From Antedon mediterranea (lineage: Eukaryota > Animalia > Echinodermata): a stretch of 64,000 nucleotides of DNA. Both the position numbers and the translations under genes were made by a program. Numbering within the stretch: the stretch's first letter is position 1; every line of letters begins with the position of its first letter. The stretch lies in NCBI RefSeq assembly GCF_964355755.1, contig NC_092673.1:32113648-32177647 (forward strand), written 5' to 3'. This document shows positions 26,572 to 38,100 of this stretch, piece by piece. A model generated the notes under the pieces. The model saw only the letters and a program-made list of their open reading frames with translations, did not search any database and was not told the DNA's origin.

Positions 26572-27027
26572 GTAATACAAACCTTTCCTAGGTAAAATGA
26601 ATAATTTATAAATAAATGATGATTTATAAATAAATGATGATTTATAGTTTAATATTTAGTTGTATGTAGTTTTATGTATATACTTTACCCTAATTATGAA
26701 CCCCTTCTGAAGCAAGTCTACAAGTTAAATATACAGTGTGTACTTTTTAGTGAATTTTTAATTTAATTGTTTTTTATAATTTATATGTATTTTGTTACGA
26801 CATAGCAATATATCAGTGGGAAAGCCACTCGACAAATCGAACAAATTTTCATCTAAGAGAGGGCGTCCTATTTTTTCTTTGTGATTGAAGATAAAACCCA
26901 AGAAAGACGTCATTTGACCACATTTTGTACTTATATTAACTTTAGTTCAATCATTACCATGGTTATGCTTTTAAATTTTCCTGAATAATATTTGTGAATT
27001 ATATATAAGTTATGGTTAATTCTGACA

Positions 27028-28364
27028 TAGGCGAGCACAATGCAAAAACTTCGGTTCAAATCTCCGCCATGGATACCTACCTTATCTATCTCACATGTAC
27101 CGCGAAACGTAGATTTGATAACATTAGTTTTCACATCGAGGCTATTGTTCCTATATATTTCTATCTTAGGAAGATATTATAAAGGGTTTTATAAGAAATT
27201 TTCTGATTTCAACAGTAGATTTTCAATTCTTGGCGGTCAAAGTAATTTCCGGGTTTACAATAAGTTCACCTTGCAACAACCTGGTTTCAACTATTTTCTC
27301 TCTTCTATACACAAGGGAGCAGTTAAAATAATAGATTTGACCCTAAAGGTGACTGGAAACAGGCACTTTCCATCAATCAATACAGTGTCCCTTTGGAAGA
27401 CGAAAAAAATCAGATAGTAGGACTGGAGCTTAAGTTGGCCATAGTCATAGCCATTTCAGTTTTTTGTTTATTTTAAAACATACCACGCGTGTGTGAAAAT
27501 ACAGTAGTTAAAAAATAGAAATTATACTGGAAATTAATAAAGATCAAATTAAATATACGCCATAAATCGGAATATATTGTGTGGAATAGTAGGCCTATTA
27601 TACACTTACATAGGGAGATTTGATGATAAAACATTTTGTTTAAAATCGAGTGAAATCCCGATAGCTGAGTTTTATTGAATAAGCTGGCAGGAATAACTGT
27701 AGGCTATCTTCCTGTGCCCCGTTAGGATCGAGATGTCTGCCAATGTTGCAAGCCGTAATGTCTTCTTTCTTGGGCCCACTCTGTTACGGCAGTTAGTTTC
27801 AAAAGATGTTTAAATTAAATATGTATTAATAATTATTAGGATGGTGATTATTTGAATAAACGCCTCTCCAATAAATCATCACTTTGAATAATAATCCCCG
27901 CCACCCCGCCCCCCCCCCCCCCCTCTTCACCCCCCCCCCAACCCAACTATCTAATAAACGTCCATCCACATTTATAAATTTGTAGTAGAATTCATCGCAC
28001 TGTTATCTACAATTTACCCGCATTTGTTATTCTTTTTTACCACTTTTCATATCTATTAGAGGATTTCTTTTGATTATAAATGTTACCATGTTATTAAAAC
28101 TAAAAAATTTAACATATATCCCTCGAGTAAGCACCTCCCTCAAATAAACCCCGCCTCCCCAAAGGGCCCTACCAAACAATAAAAACTAAACTTTAAACTG
28201 TTATTAATCATCTAAAACACTGTGGAACAAAGTAGTTTAGTTTTACGAATGTCAAGCATTTTCAATATGGTAACCGACAGAAAACGTACAAGAACATTAT
28301 CATTCCGAGAACCATCGTCTACACTTCCTAGAGGGGGAGCGAGCGAAGCGAGCTCACCCTCTAG
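27028..28364 (+). mobile_element. Non-autonomous Helitron remnant
   Basis: 3' hairpin AGAGGGGGAGC...GCTCACCCTCT ending CTAG|T; 5' part TAGGCGAGCACAATGCAAAAACTTC matches the A|TC-starting fragment at 59410-59447. Confidence 0.65.
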
Positions 28365-29704
28365 TGTATATCAATTAGATTAATTAATTAAAACATTTTA
28401 TTGCACTAGAAACTGTTTAATGAAGGAGATACAATATCAGCTGCTAGTTTCTGAGATGCCTAATATAACAAATCCAGTGAATAACTACTACTTAACTACA
28501 ATATTTTCTTTTTATTGTACAAAGGAGACAATCAAACCATCATTGTATGATGATGAATCCGTCTCTGGTAATGTTTCACGCTCTGTTCTATTCATGTGTA
28601 TTGAGGCTGGCCTGAGGCTTCTAAGCCCCTTCATGCCTTACCTTACAGAGGAGCTGTATCAGAGATTACCCGGCCTACAACATGTTCCTAGCATTTGTGT
28701 TACACAATACCCAACTACTGAAGAAGTAAGTTATTTTTTAATTATGCAAATATAAAGTTACAAAAGTTATTTAAATCCATCCCCGACATTTCATTATTAA
28801 ACTAATTTAAAGAAGGTTATTTATCATCATGATGATGATTCATCTCTCATAACATTAGCTCTTTTTTCATTTTTATTATGTTTACCCCATAATCCCATCA
28901 TTATAATTGCTGTTTTTTCATTGTCCACAACAATTATGTCATACAAAATATTCAAAAAAAAACTTTGATGAATAATCATTAATTCTAATGTTTTTTGTTG
29001 AATATTCATAGTTTCCATATAAGGATGCAATCCTAGAGAATAATACAGATTTTATGTTGGATGTTGCTAGTGGGATTCGATCACTTAAAAAACAATATGA
29101 GCTTACCCAAGTAAAAGGTATGGCTTTTGATGCCTTTTTTAAAATAGATTTTCAATATTTTGTTTAATTCAAAGATCGGTTTCCGGATATATTTTAAATA
29201 ATAGAATTTAGAAATTGTTGGAAAACAATTCTTTGTCTATAGTAGTTCTTTAGGTAGTAAAATGTATATATTTTTTCTCCTTTTTATAGCTTTTGTTGTG
29301 TGTTTGACCAATGATGTTTACTCTATACTGTGCAATTATCAAGATGATATAAAAACATTAACCAAAGCAGCTTCTGTAGAGCTTATATCTAATGGCATTA
29401 CCCCCACTGGTTGTGCAGTTTCTACCATATCACCTTCATGTACTGTTGCTGTGCAGCTTGAGGTAAATTCAATAGACCTGCTATTTAATGACATTACACC
29501 CACTGCATATTATTATTTGTGTTTTTATTACCTTTGTTGTTATTCTGTAATTTACTGGGAGTGGTAGACGTATCAAATTTATTAAATAAATTTGAATTTC
29601 AAGAAACTAAACTGAAATCTCAAATTTCAAAGCTGAAAAAAACTAATAAAATACCACATTACGAGAAAGTTTGAGGTGTAAGTCAACAACAAACCAGCAA
29701 CAAG
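28365..29704 (+). pseudogene. Degenerate duplicate of the last four ValRS-like exons
   Basis: Exon copies at 28525-28725, 29012-29117, 29290-29462 and 29558-29704 with homologous introns; last acceptor mutated AG>TG and an in-frame TGA after HYEKV. Confidence 0.85.
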
Positions 29705-31705
29705 GTATTATTTCATGAATTTACAGTCATTTTTTAAATTACAGAATGTAAAAACTTAACACACAACATAAGAAAGGTTATTTTAGTTGTTTTTATAGGC
29801 TGGAATAGAAACTTGATACTGTACAAACAAATAGGTGAAAACATAATATACTGTATTATATACTGCTAAGACTGTTTATAGCAATCAGCACGACCCCTGG
29901 TCTACTACAACATATGTATTTCTAAAGTAAGAATAGTAAAATAGACATAACATTTTCCATTTTTGAATTGACAATTACTATATACAGGGTATATCAGTTC
30001 TATAAATAGAAACACTATAGATGGTTTGTGCTAATTTTACAACGTATCATTTTAGCCTAATAATAATCATTCATTACGGTATATTATAAATCATAGATTC
30101 TGTAAACAATTATGGGAAACAAAAATATTGTTTAAGATTGCAACGTTTATATCAAAACAATTTACTATTCATAACACAAGTGAAAATTGCATAAAACAAA
30201 AACCCATCCCTATTTTACAATGGTATTGTCCATTAATAGGGGAATTTATCAGTAAATTACTATAACAACTTTAACAAAAAGTTGACCTTTGACCAAGCTA
30301 TTCCAAGCTGAATGAATGGGTTCACCAAAAATTCCACTAATACTAACCTTGTATGATCCATTTTGAATCAATATGATACAAATTTCCTCAGTTTCCACTT
30401 TCAAAAAACATACTGTATGGTATCAGTTTGTCTGCCTAAAACAAATTATATTTTAAAGGTTAAGCCACAAACAAATCACAGACATAGTAGATCTTAGATA
30501 TTTATTATTACATGCCTGTGACATTTAATTACAATCTTGCTTTACTATACATTATTAATTTCGGGTGTCACGAAACCTCAGACCACGAAAGCTCAGACCC
30601 CCTAAGACCTAAGATCACGAAAGCTAAGACCCAATACCTGAGATTACAAATATTTACGTTTCGCACCTACCTTGTATTTTAACTCCAACATTTTTTCTGA
30701 ATACCACACCTTAGAATTAGCACTTTTATGAAAAAGAATCACATAAAAAGTAACAAATAAATTCTTAAATTGATGATTTTACAGCCGTTTTTCTCGCCCA
30801 CATACTGTTGACTATAGGCCTACCCCATGTTCAATATTTTCGTTTCTATGGAACGTCAAAAGAGCAAAAACCTACCCCATGTTCAATATTTTCGTTTCTA
30901 TGGAACGTCAAAAGAGCAAAAATTATATAGAGGGCTGAAATCTGTGGAGTCCATCTATTTTAACGCATTTTTTAGTGAAAATCACGTTACTTATTTATTT
31001 ATTTATTCATAATTTTAACAAAGTAGGTCTAGGTTTAATTAATTAATGCTTCTTACCATAAATATCATTAGATAACAAAATAAATTATAATTCGCAGAAT
31101 TTTTTGTCAGTGGAGCATAATACTTTTGTTTCACAACATTTAGAGGAAGGTTTAACTCGCGGCTGGTTATTATTAGCTCGCAAGAAGTGATGGTTTTTAC
31201 TTCTAGGGTGGTTAGGAGGCGGCTTAGTTCGGGATGACCAAGGCACAGTGATGCTGACCCTGCTGATCAGTGTTTGATTTAGACCACCAAACTCATAGTG
31301 GTTAGTGATGAGGGCATATCATTTTTCGGTTTTTTGTTTTTCTCCTGTGAAAATATTGTTTTCCTCAAAATCACACTTGTGTGGATGAAACAATGTAAAA
31401 TTAAAATTGTAATGATAATAGTATAATGATGTTGGTACGAAGGAATAAATACTCGAAAATAAATTTTAATTAAAAAATCATGATAATCATGGGAATGATA
31501 ACTAAACGTGATATAATTATGCATAGGCTTATAATATGCAAAATATAAGCTTAAAATAAAATAAATGCAATGTTTATTAGTAATATTAGTTTTACGCACT
31601 ATTATTTTAAAGAGATCCAAATTCTTCATACAAAAAAAGTAGAAAGTGCGTGATAATCAATATCGATGTGCGCTGATATACCAATCATTATTCGTAACAA
31701 AAAAC

Positions 31706-31792
31706 GTAAACACAGTGGCGGTGCACAACACAGGCATATTATTAATATAAATGTAATAATATGCCTGTGTTGTGCATCGTCACTGTGTTTAC
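31706..31792 (+). repeat. 87-nt hairpin (39-bp arms, 9-nt loop)
   Basis: GTAAACACAGTGGCGGTGCACAACACAGGCATATTATTA-atataaatg-TAATAATATGCCTGTGTTGTGCATCGTCACTGTGTTTAC. Confidence 0.9.
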
Positions 31793-32553
31793 AAGTGCGA
31801 TAACACCATTGAAAACAACTGGATGGAAACTTAGATATGGATGATAATGTCCATTAAAAACTGTCACCAACTATAAATTCTGCCAACAACTTTAAAAACA
31901 GCTAACAACAGCATCTGTAAAATGTTCAAACAAAGTCAAAAGTATACCCAAGGAACAGTTAAAATGTTTTTTTCCGTCCAGCTGCCCCAATGAAAAAAGT
32001 AATAACACTAACATTATTAACACTAACCATGTAGTTATAAATTTAACAAACTCTGAAAATAAAATTATGCTTATATATTCGGAGACTTTAATCTTGACTT
32101 AATGAATAGCATCCGTCTATGTTTTATGCTTAGGGACAACAAAGACAAGCCACTTTGGCTTCTGTGTGTCTTGACCATAAACTATGTAAACTGTCTGTTG
32201 ATGAATGTTGTTAATACCATACCTACGTACCTATCAAAAAAAAAACCCTTATAGTAACAATAACCAATATTTTTACAAAACAAATGATTTTGAGTAATTA
32301 CTAAAAAAGAAAGGGAAAAAACATTAGGCCTATTATTGTACGGGGTCACTCAAGGAGACAAACAGGGTTCATCCTGCTTTTGTTATTCTTTCTTTCTTTT
32401 AGGCTACCTCACATATGGTGGTCACTCTAATTGGTGGTCGCGCTTATGTGCGTCACTATGAAGTAGAGGGGAATTTCCCCATTTCTCCACAGAAGAGTGT
32501 CCCATCGAAGGTGCTGACCGGCCGTGAGCGACCCATGTTGTTTTTTGTTTTGA

Positions 32554-35178
32554 TTAGTCACGGTTATAATTTAGCTCTCTTCTAAGGAGGTCGAAGTGAG
32601 CATCTCTCAGTTTGTTCCCAACTTCGTTCGGTACCTCGATGTATGATTGGTCGTAATACGGGAAACGAGCGGTTATACATTCTCGTTTAATGCAGTAGAA
32701 CTTCCTGGTAAGTTTGGTAGAAACAAGTTTGTTCCCCTTGTTATTTGGATCCGGATATAGCCACTTCTCATCATGGTAAATTGCAATATTATAAGGGATG
32801 ATTTCTTGTCTCCGTGGGAATTCCGTGTGACATTGTCTGCATTCAATGGCTCTTGATTCCTTCTTAATAAAACAGACCACAAGAGAATTGTTGTTGTGGT
32901 GAATATCAGTGTAAGGGCGTGTAGTGGCAGTAGTTGTAGCTCTGGGACGATTACGCCATTTGTTCTTGTGTGTTCCTCCTTTTTTACCGCTTGTTTCCGT
33001 GACCTTTTCGACCAATGCACTTTTTGAGACCAGATGCTTTTGTTTGAGGTGATGTAGATGTGACTTTAAAATGCCGTTAATTTCGGCAACACAAATGGAG
33101 TGTTTGCACAAACCATTGTATTTATAACAAGGGCAGGTACAGTTCGCATGATCGGAGTAAACTACACACTCATACATACCGCTCTTGCAACTTTTAGAAG
33201 CGACTAAATATTTTGTCGGACCGTTCGTCAAAGAGGGCATTTTCTGCACGCCGTTTTTGCTGTTGAGAATTTTGGTAGCTTCATCAATGATCGTTTTGAT
33301 CAGACCATCAGAGTGACCTGTTATGCTTAACAGAATGGTTAAGTCCTCTGAGAATGTCTTGTATTCATAAAGATCTTTCTGGTTTTGCCCAGTTACAATT
33401 ATGGTTTTCTTTTTGATGGCATCTTGAATTGTCAGCTTGTTGAACTTATCAATATATTGCTGCCTTTCCTCCTTCTCCCATTCAAACCAATCCTCAGGCT
33501 CAACTGCGAGGTAGCTTGCTATCTCTGCCAGTTTATATTCGTCACTTAGCCCACAGATCGCCAAACCCAGCTCAATTTGTTGTTGGCGGTCTACTTCCTC
33601 CCAAACATCTCTTACGAATTCCAACTTAGTCATGTTGGTTTTGTTTTTTTCTTTCTTTACAACAGCTTCCTTTTGGCGAGTTAATTTGTTGTTTATGCTC
33701 TCCGATTGGTTGGAGTAGCATCTTTTTGTTTTTTCTGTGTTGTCTGTTGGCATTCCCGCCTTCCGCCTCGCTGATTCTACCATACTGGTTGCCATCATCG
33801 TTTCGTGGGCAGCAAGGTAGGCCCAGAATTGTGGTGATCTGCATCCAGTAACCAATGTTTCATGGTTATCTATTACCTTTTTCGAAGCTGTAAGGCGACT
33901 TTTCAAATCATCACTGTCACTTGCATCTAATATTCCTTCATGTTTACCATCTCCGAAAACCGAATCAATGATTGGTTTCTGTGACTTCTTTTGCACCCCT
34001 AATCTCTTTAGCTTTTCCACGCAATTTATGCGAAAGTGTCTGAAACACCTTAACCCGGTTGCCCTTTTCATTGATTCTTCTATTGCACCATGTAACGCTG
34101 TTTCTCCATCTGTGATGAATCCCAACCCATCTTCAAGACCAGGACAGTTTCCATTGACAGCAGATGCTATTTTTCTGTATGTTGCTCTGTCCTTACTGCT
34201 ATGAATAGCAGTTGGGCCTAGAAAAACTGGTGCTTCTCCGGTTCTCTTTGTTACCAACATAAGATGTTTATATGTATATGGCGTTACCTCGTATTTTCCG
34301 AAACTGTATGTTGGATCAACACTGAAAGGATGACTAAGCCCTTCTGTTCGGGAAGTACAGAAACGCGAAAGGTCTTGGCACATATGTGGCTTACCCAAAA
34401 CCCAAAGATCCTCTGGAACATCATGGTGTTCTAAAACTATCGGCTCTTCTTTATGCTTTGAGTATAATAGGAGGTCGTCCACACTGTCATAATTTAATGA
34501 TTTATTCTTTATATCGTGGAGTTGTTTTCGTGATCTTGGTAGTTGACCTGGATTTCGAGAATTGTGTAAACCTCCAAAGTCGTCAAACACTTTCTTAAAT
34601 GCAACTGACACAGACTTAGTGGATACTTCCTTCTTCAAAGCTTCCATTGTGCTTTTTTGGGTTGGATAGTAGGGTGTTCTACCATGCTTCCTATTTCCAT
34701 GAGGTTCGACAGAAAACTCTACTGGATCGTCGTTGTTATTACATGTATTGTACTGTAATAAACAGGTTTTGTTCACTATATCATTACTTCCTTTAGTTAA
34801 AAAGAAAATGGAGCGACACAAGCCATGGCAATTTTTCTTAGAGTTCACATGAAGATGATATTCGCTTTCATTTTGAAGCTCTACTTTCTTTTTTTCAAGA
34901 ATATGTATTTTCTCTCCAGTGATGTTTATTGTCCATATACATAAACGGAGCACATTGCGATATATACCATTCATGTCATTTTTTATGTCCTCCCAGTTCT
35001 TGTATCTCGATACATCAATTAAGAAACTCATGTTTCTTCTTACTCTGAGTGGTGTCTTTGTACATTTATTATGCTTGTTATGTCGTAGTATTGTAACTGC
35101 CTCAGTCACAGTGTATCGTTGACGCCTAAATCGTTCAAATATTGGTAATTCATCATCGTTCTTATACGACATCACATC
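32554..35178 (-). CDS. MULE DDE transposase with SWIM zinc finger (terminal exon)
   Basis: 873-aa open frame: FSVDPTY (D), FITDGE (D), LRCFRHF (CxxH), NQSESIN (E), SWIM CTCPCYKYNGLCKH, C-terminal CRQC...YCIKREC; acceptor tttgtag| at 35178. Confidence 0.9.
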   Translation of the reverse strand, partial: DVMSYKNDDELPIFERFRRQRYTVTEAVTILRHNKHNKCTKTPLRVRRNMSFLIDVSRYKNWEDIKNDMNGIYRNVLRLCIWTINITGEKIHILEKKKVELQNESEYHLHVNSKKNCHGLCRSIFFLTKGSNDIVNKTCLLQYNTCNNNDDPVEFSVEPHGNRKHGRTPYYPTQKSTMEALKKEVSTKSVSVAFKKVFDDFGGLHNSRNPGQLPRSRKQLHDIKNKSLNYDSVDDLLLYSKHKEEPIVLEHHDVPEDLWVLGKPHMCQDLSRFCTSRTEGLSHPFSVDPTYSFGKYEVTPYTYKHLMLVTKRTGEAPVFLGPTAIHSSKDRATYRKIASAVNGNCPGLEDGLGFITDGETALHGAIEESMKRATGLRCFRHFRINCVEKLKRLGVQKKSQKPIIDSVFGDGKHEGILDASDSDDLKSRLTASKKVIDNHETLVTGCRSPQFWAYLAAHETMMATSMVESARRKAGMPTDNTEKTKRCYSNQSESINNKLTRQKEAVVKKEKNKTNMTKLEFVRDVWEEVDRQQQIELGLAICGLSDEYKLAEIASYLAVEPEDWFEWEKEERQQYIDKFNKLTIQDAIKKKTIIVTGQNQKDLYEYKTFSEDLTILLSITGHSDGLIKTIIDEATKILNSKNGVQKMPSLTNGPTKYLVASKSCKSGMYECVVYSDHANCTCPCYKYNGLCKHSICVAEINGILKSHLHHLKQKHLVSKSALVEKVTETSGKKGGTHKNKWRNRPRATTTATTRPYTDIHHNNNSLVVCFIKKESRAIECRQCHTEFPRRQEIIPYNIAIYHDEKWLYPDPNNKGNKLVSTKLTRKFYCIKRECITARFPYYDQSYIEVPNEVGNKLRDAHFDLLRRELNYNRD

Positions 35179-38100
35179 CTACAAATAATAAATAAACAGT
35201 ATTATTGTAAGATAATATATAAATTATTTATTTTAAGGCTATACCTATTACACTGCCCTTTGTTTTCAAACGGGGGAGTCGGATAAAGGAAACAAATGCG
35301 ACAGTAAAAAAAAATCGTAACGTGTATAGAGCTAAATTTCCTGTTGAATTTAAAGATACTCATTAAGGACCTCATTGGAAACAAGTCCGTAGAGGACTTT
35401 TATGTGTTATCCTTGGCATCCTTTCTTGTTTTATTCATGGTTTTTTATATTTGCTATTTTAATTGTTTGTCTGTGATTTTTTTATGTACTGATGCCGAAA
35501 TAAATAAAATCAAATCATACTGTATGCCTACTTTTGCTATTTATTGCATACGGTAATCAATTGGTCAATGACAGATTGTAGTTTAGAACTACAGCCAATA
35601 TTTAAGGGGTTGTTCGTAATTCCTTGTTATGGCGGTGGAACAAGTGGCTTATATCAAAACTTGTGAATGAATCATATTCACATGAAAATTTAAAAATATC
35701 TTATAGCTAAAATAGGAAATAAATAAGTAAAATATATATTTTGGACAGTCATCATTCACCTTTTCACCGTATACATCGGATTTAACTTTCGGTACAGGTA
35801 ATTCCATTTCAGTTGTTGTTTTATGACCAGAAATATTTGGTCCTGTAGGCCTACTCGTAACATGTATATTTTTTGAAATAGAAGTAGCGTCATTTGCCTA
35901 AAAAATAGAAATTCATTCATGTAAGCTTTATTCCAATCAAACATGTATACTGTAATAATAATTATAAGAAACAAAATTACATTTATTTACAATCGCTTTT
36001 TGCCAGTTCAATGGCAATAACTGTCGATTTGTCTAACTCATGCTTTCTATAACAGGCATGAATTACTTCCAATATTGATTTCACACAGTGTTTATAATTA
36101 TAAATAATCATTTTAGTACAGTAATATAGTATACCGTACCTTAGTGTCATATACGTCATCGTCCGAGATTACAATCGTAAAGTCATCATCAGATGAATTA
36201 ATACCACCTTGTAGGCCTGTACAGCTTGTAAAAGGCGTAGTGTAAGTCGGATTCTATAAAAACAAGAAAAGTTGTCTACATGTCAATTACTGTGTTATAC
36301 TACGATCTATTATTAGAATTGTTATTGTCAAATCAATGACACAGTTGATAACTGGCTTTAAAAATTTACTCATCTCAACCTCACTCGTTGTAGGCGTACC
36401 ATTATAATTACATTTAATTTTGAAAAAGGGAGATGACGACAACATTGTTAATAGGCCTATATATAATGTAATCATACCGTACCTTTTTGTCACAATCAAC
36501 GTCATCGTCCATTATCGTAAAGTCATCATCAAATGAACTGATACCACTCATTAGGCCTGTACAGCTTGTAGTAGGCGTAGTATAGTTCGGACACTATAAC
36601 GGACAAAACAAATTCAACACTATGAGTAGGTCTGTATGCAGCTTGTCTAGTTTCAAAAAGGTCATTGTTTTAAATATGACTGTAATATGTATTGTTTATT
36701 CCACTACGTTACGAATGTAACCGTTCTAACTGAATCTGTAGGTCAGATTATAAAGAATAGATAACGACACAATTTTTAATAAATAAATAAATTATGTAAT
36801 AATACTGTACCTTATTGTCACATTCAACGTCATCATCCGATATTACAATCGTAAAGTCATCATTGAAAATGCCACTCTGTAGGCCTGTACAGCTTGTAGT
36901 ATTTGTAGTGTATACCGGACACTGTAACGAACAATAAGTGCAATTATTTATCAACAAACTATTGTTAGTTATCTTTTACGAGGGTACCATTCTAACTAAA
37001 TTCGTAGGCCAGATTATAATAAAGACTCTCTATTGAAATTTATAGGAAATGAAACAATTTTTATTTAATGTAATCATACCGTACCTTTTTGTCACAATCA
37101 ATGTCATCGTCCGAGATTATCGTAAAGTCATCATCAAATGAACTGATACCACTCTGTAGGCCGGAAAAGCTTGTAGTAGGCGTAGTATAGTTCTGACACT
37201 ATAACGGACAAAACAGACGTTCAATGTAATATTAAATTGTTTTAAAATTTAAAATTTTTTTTTATTATAGTGAACTCAGCAGTTTAATTAACTTTCGGTA
37301 ATAAAGGTAGGGTAAATTTTCAGAAGTATGTAACAGAGTCAGGTCTAATGCCCGCTCCCAAAACTTGTATTTGTAATTTATTACCTATAGTCCTAATTTG
37401 GCTTTTAAAGTCTAAGTGATTTTTCCGCCCGTCTAGATTATACTATACAACATTTTTAATTACAGTATAAACAAAAAACACAGGCTAATTTAGATTTTTT
37501 AAGCTGTCACTGCTGTGCCGTTTTAAAAAGACTCTTCCTTCTATTCCACCCTTATGGATCACTTTATTTTAAAAACATAAATCTACAAATGATTGTCATT
37601 TATCATGAGGTTTTGAAGTGGAAAGGAAGAACTTGAACTTGAGAGTAGACCTGTAACAGACAGTGTATGGCCGTGATGCTCATCGACTTCTTAACCTTTC
37701 TCTTATTATAAATGCCTATACACGTTAACGAATCTGGGGGGAAATGTATACCTTGCTCTCTGAGAGTACACTTGTAGGCATCTCATTTGTTGTTTCTTCA
37801 CTGGATGAATCACTGGGGTCACTAATATAGACACTCGCAGAAGAACTTGGCATCTGTAAGTTATTTATGAAAATAGATAACTGTAACAGCACTATGAATC
37901 ATTGCACATTCACGAACCATAGCTATTTTATCTACTGCTTCCATAGCCTAATTAGAAAATAAATACTCATCATTGATTTCTTTTAAAGGTTTAACATGGA
38001 TGACATAATATTAATATAATTATACCTCTGAATGCATAGTTTTGACATGTTTATACTTAGGAGAACTGGATATGGACGGGCTCTGAAGAAACGAATGTCT

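Noticed and set aside
27040-27417. 125-aa ORF
   Set aside because: Lies inside the Helitron remnant; no recognisable domain or splice context
30820-30922. 52-bp direct duplication near the MULE left end
   Set aside because: Local slippage; single copy in the derived MITEs and no evident function
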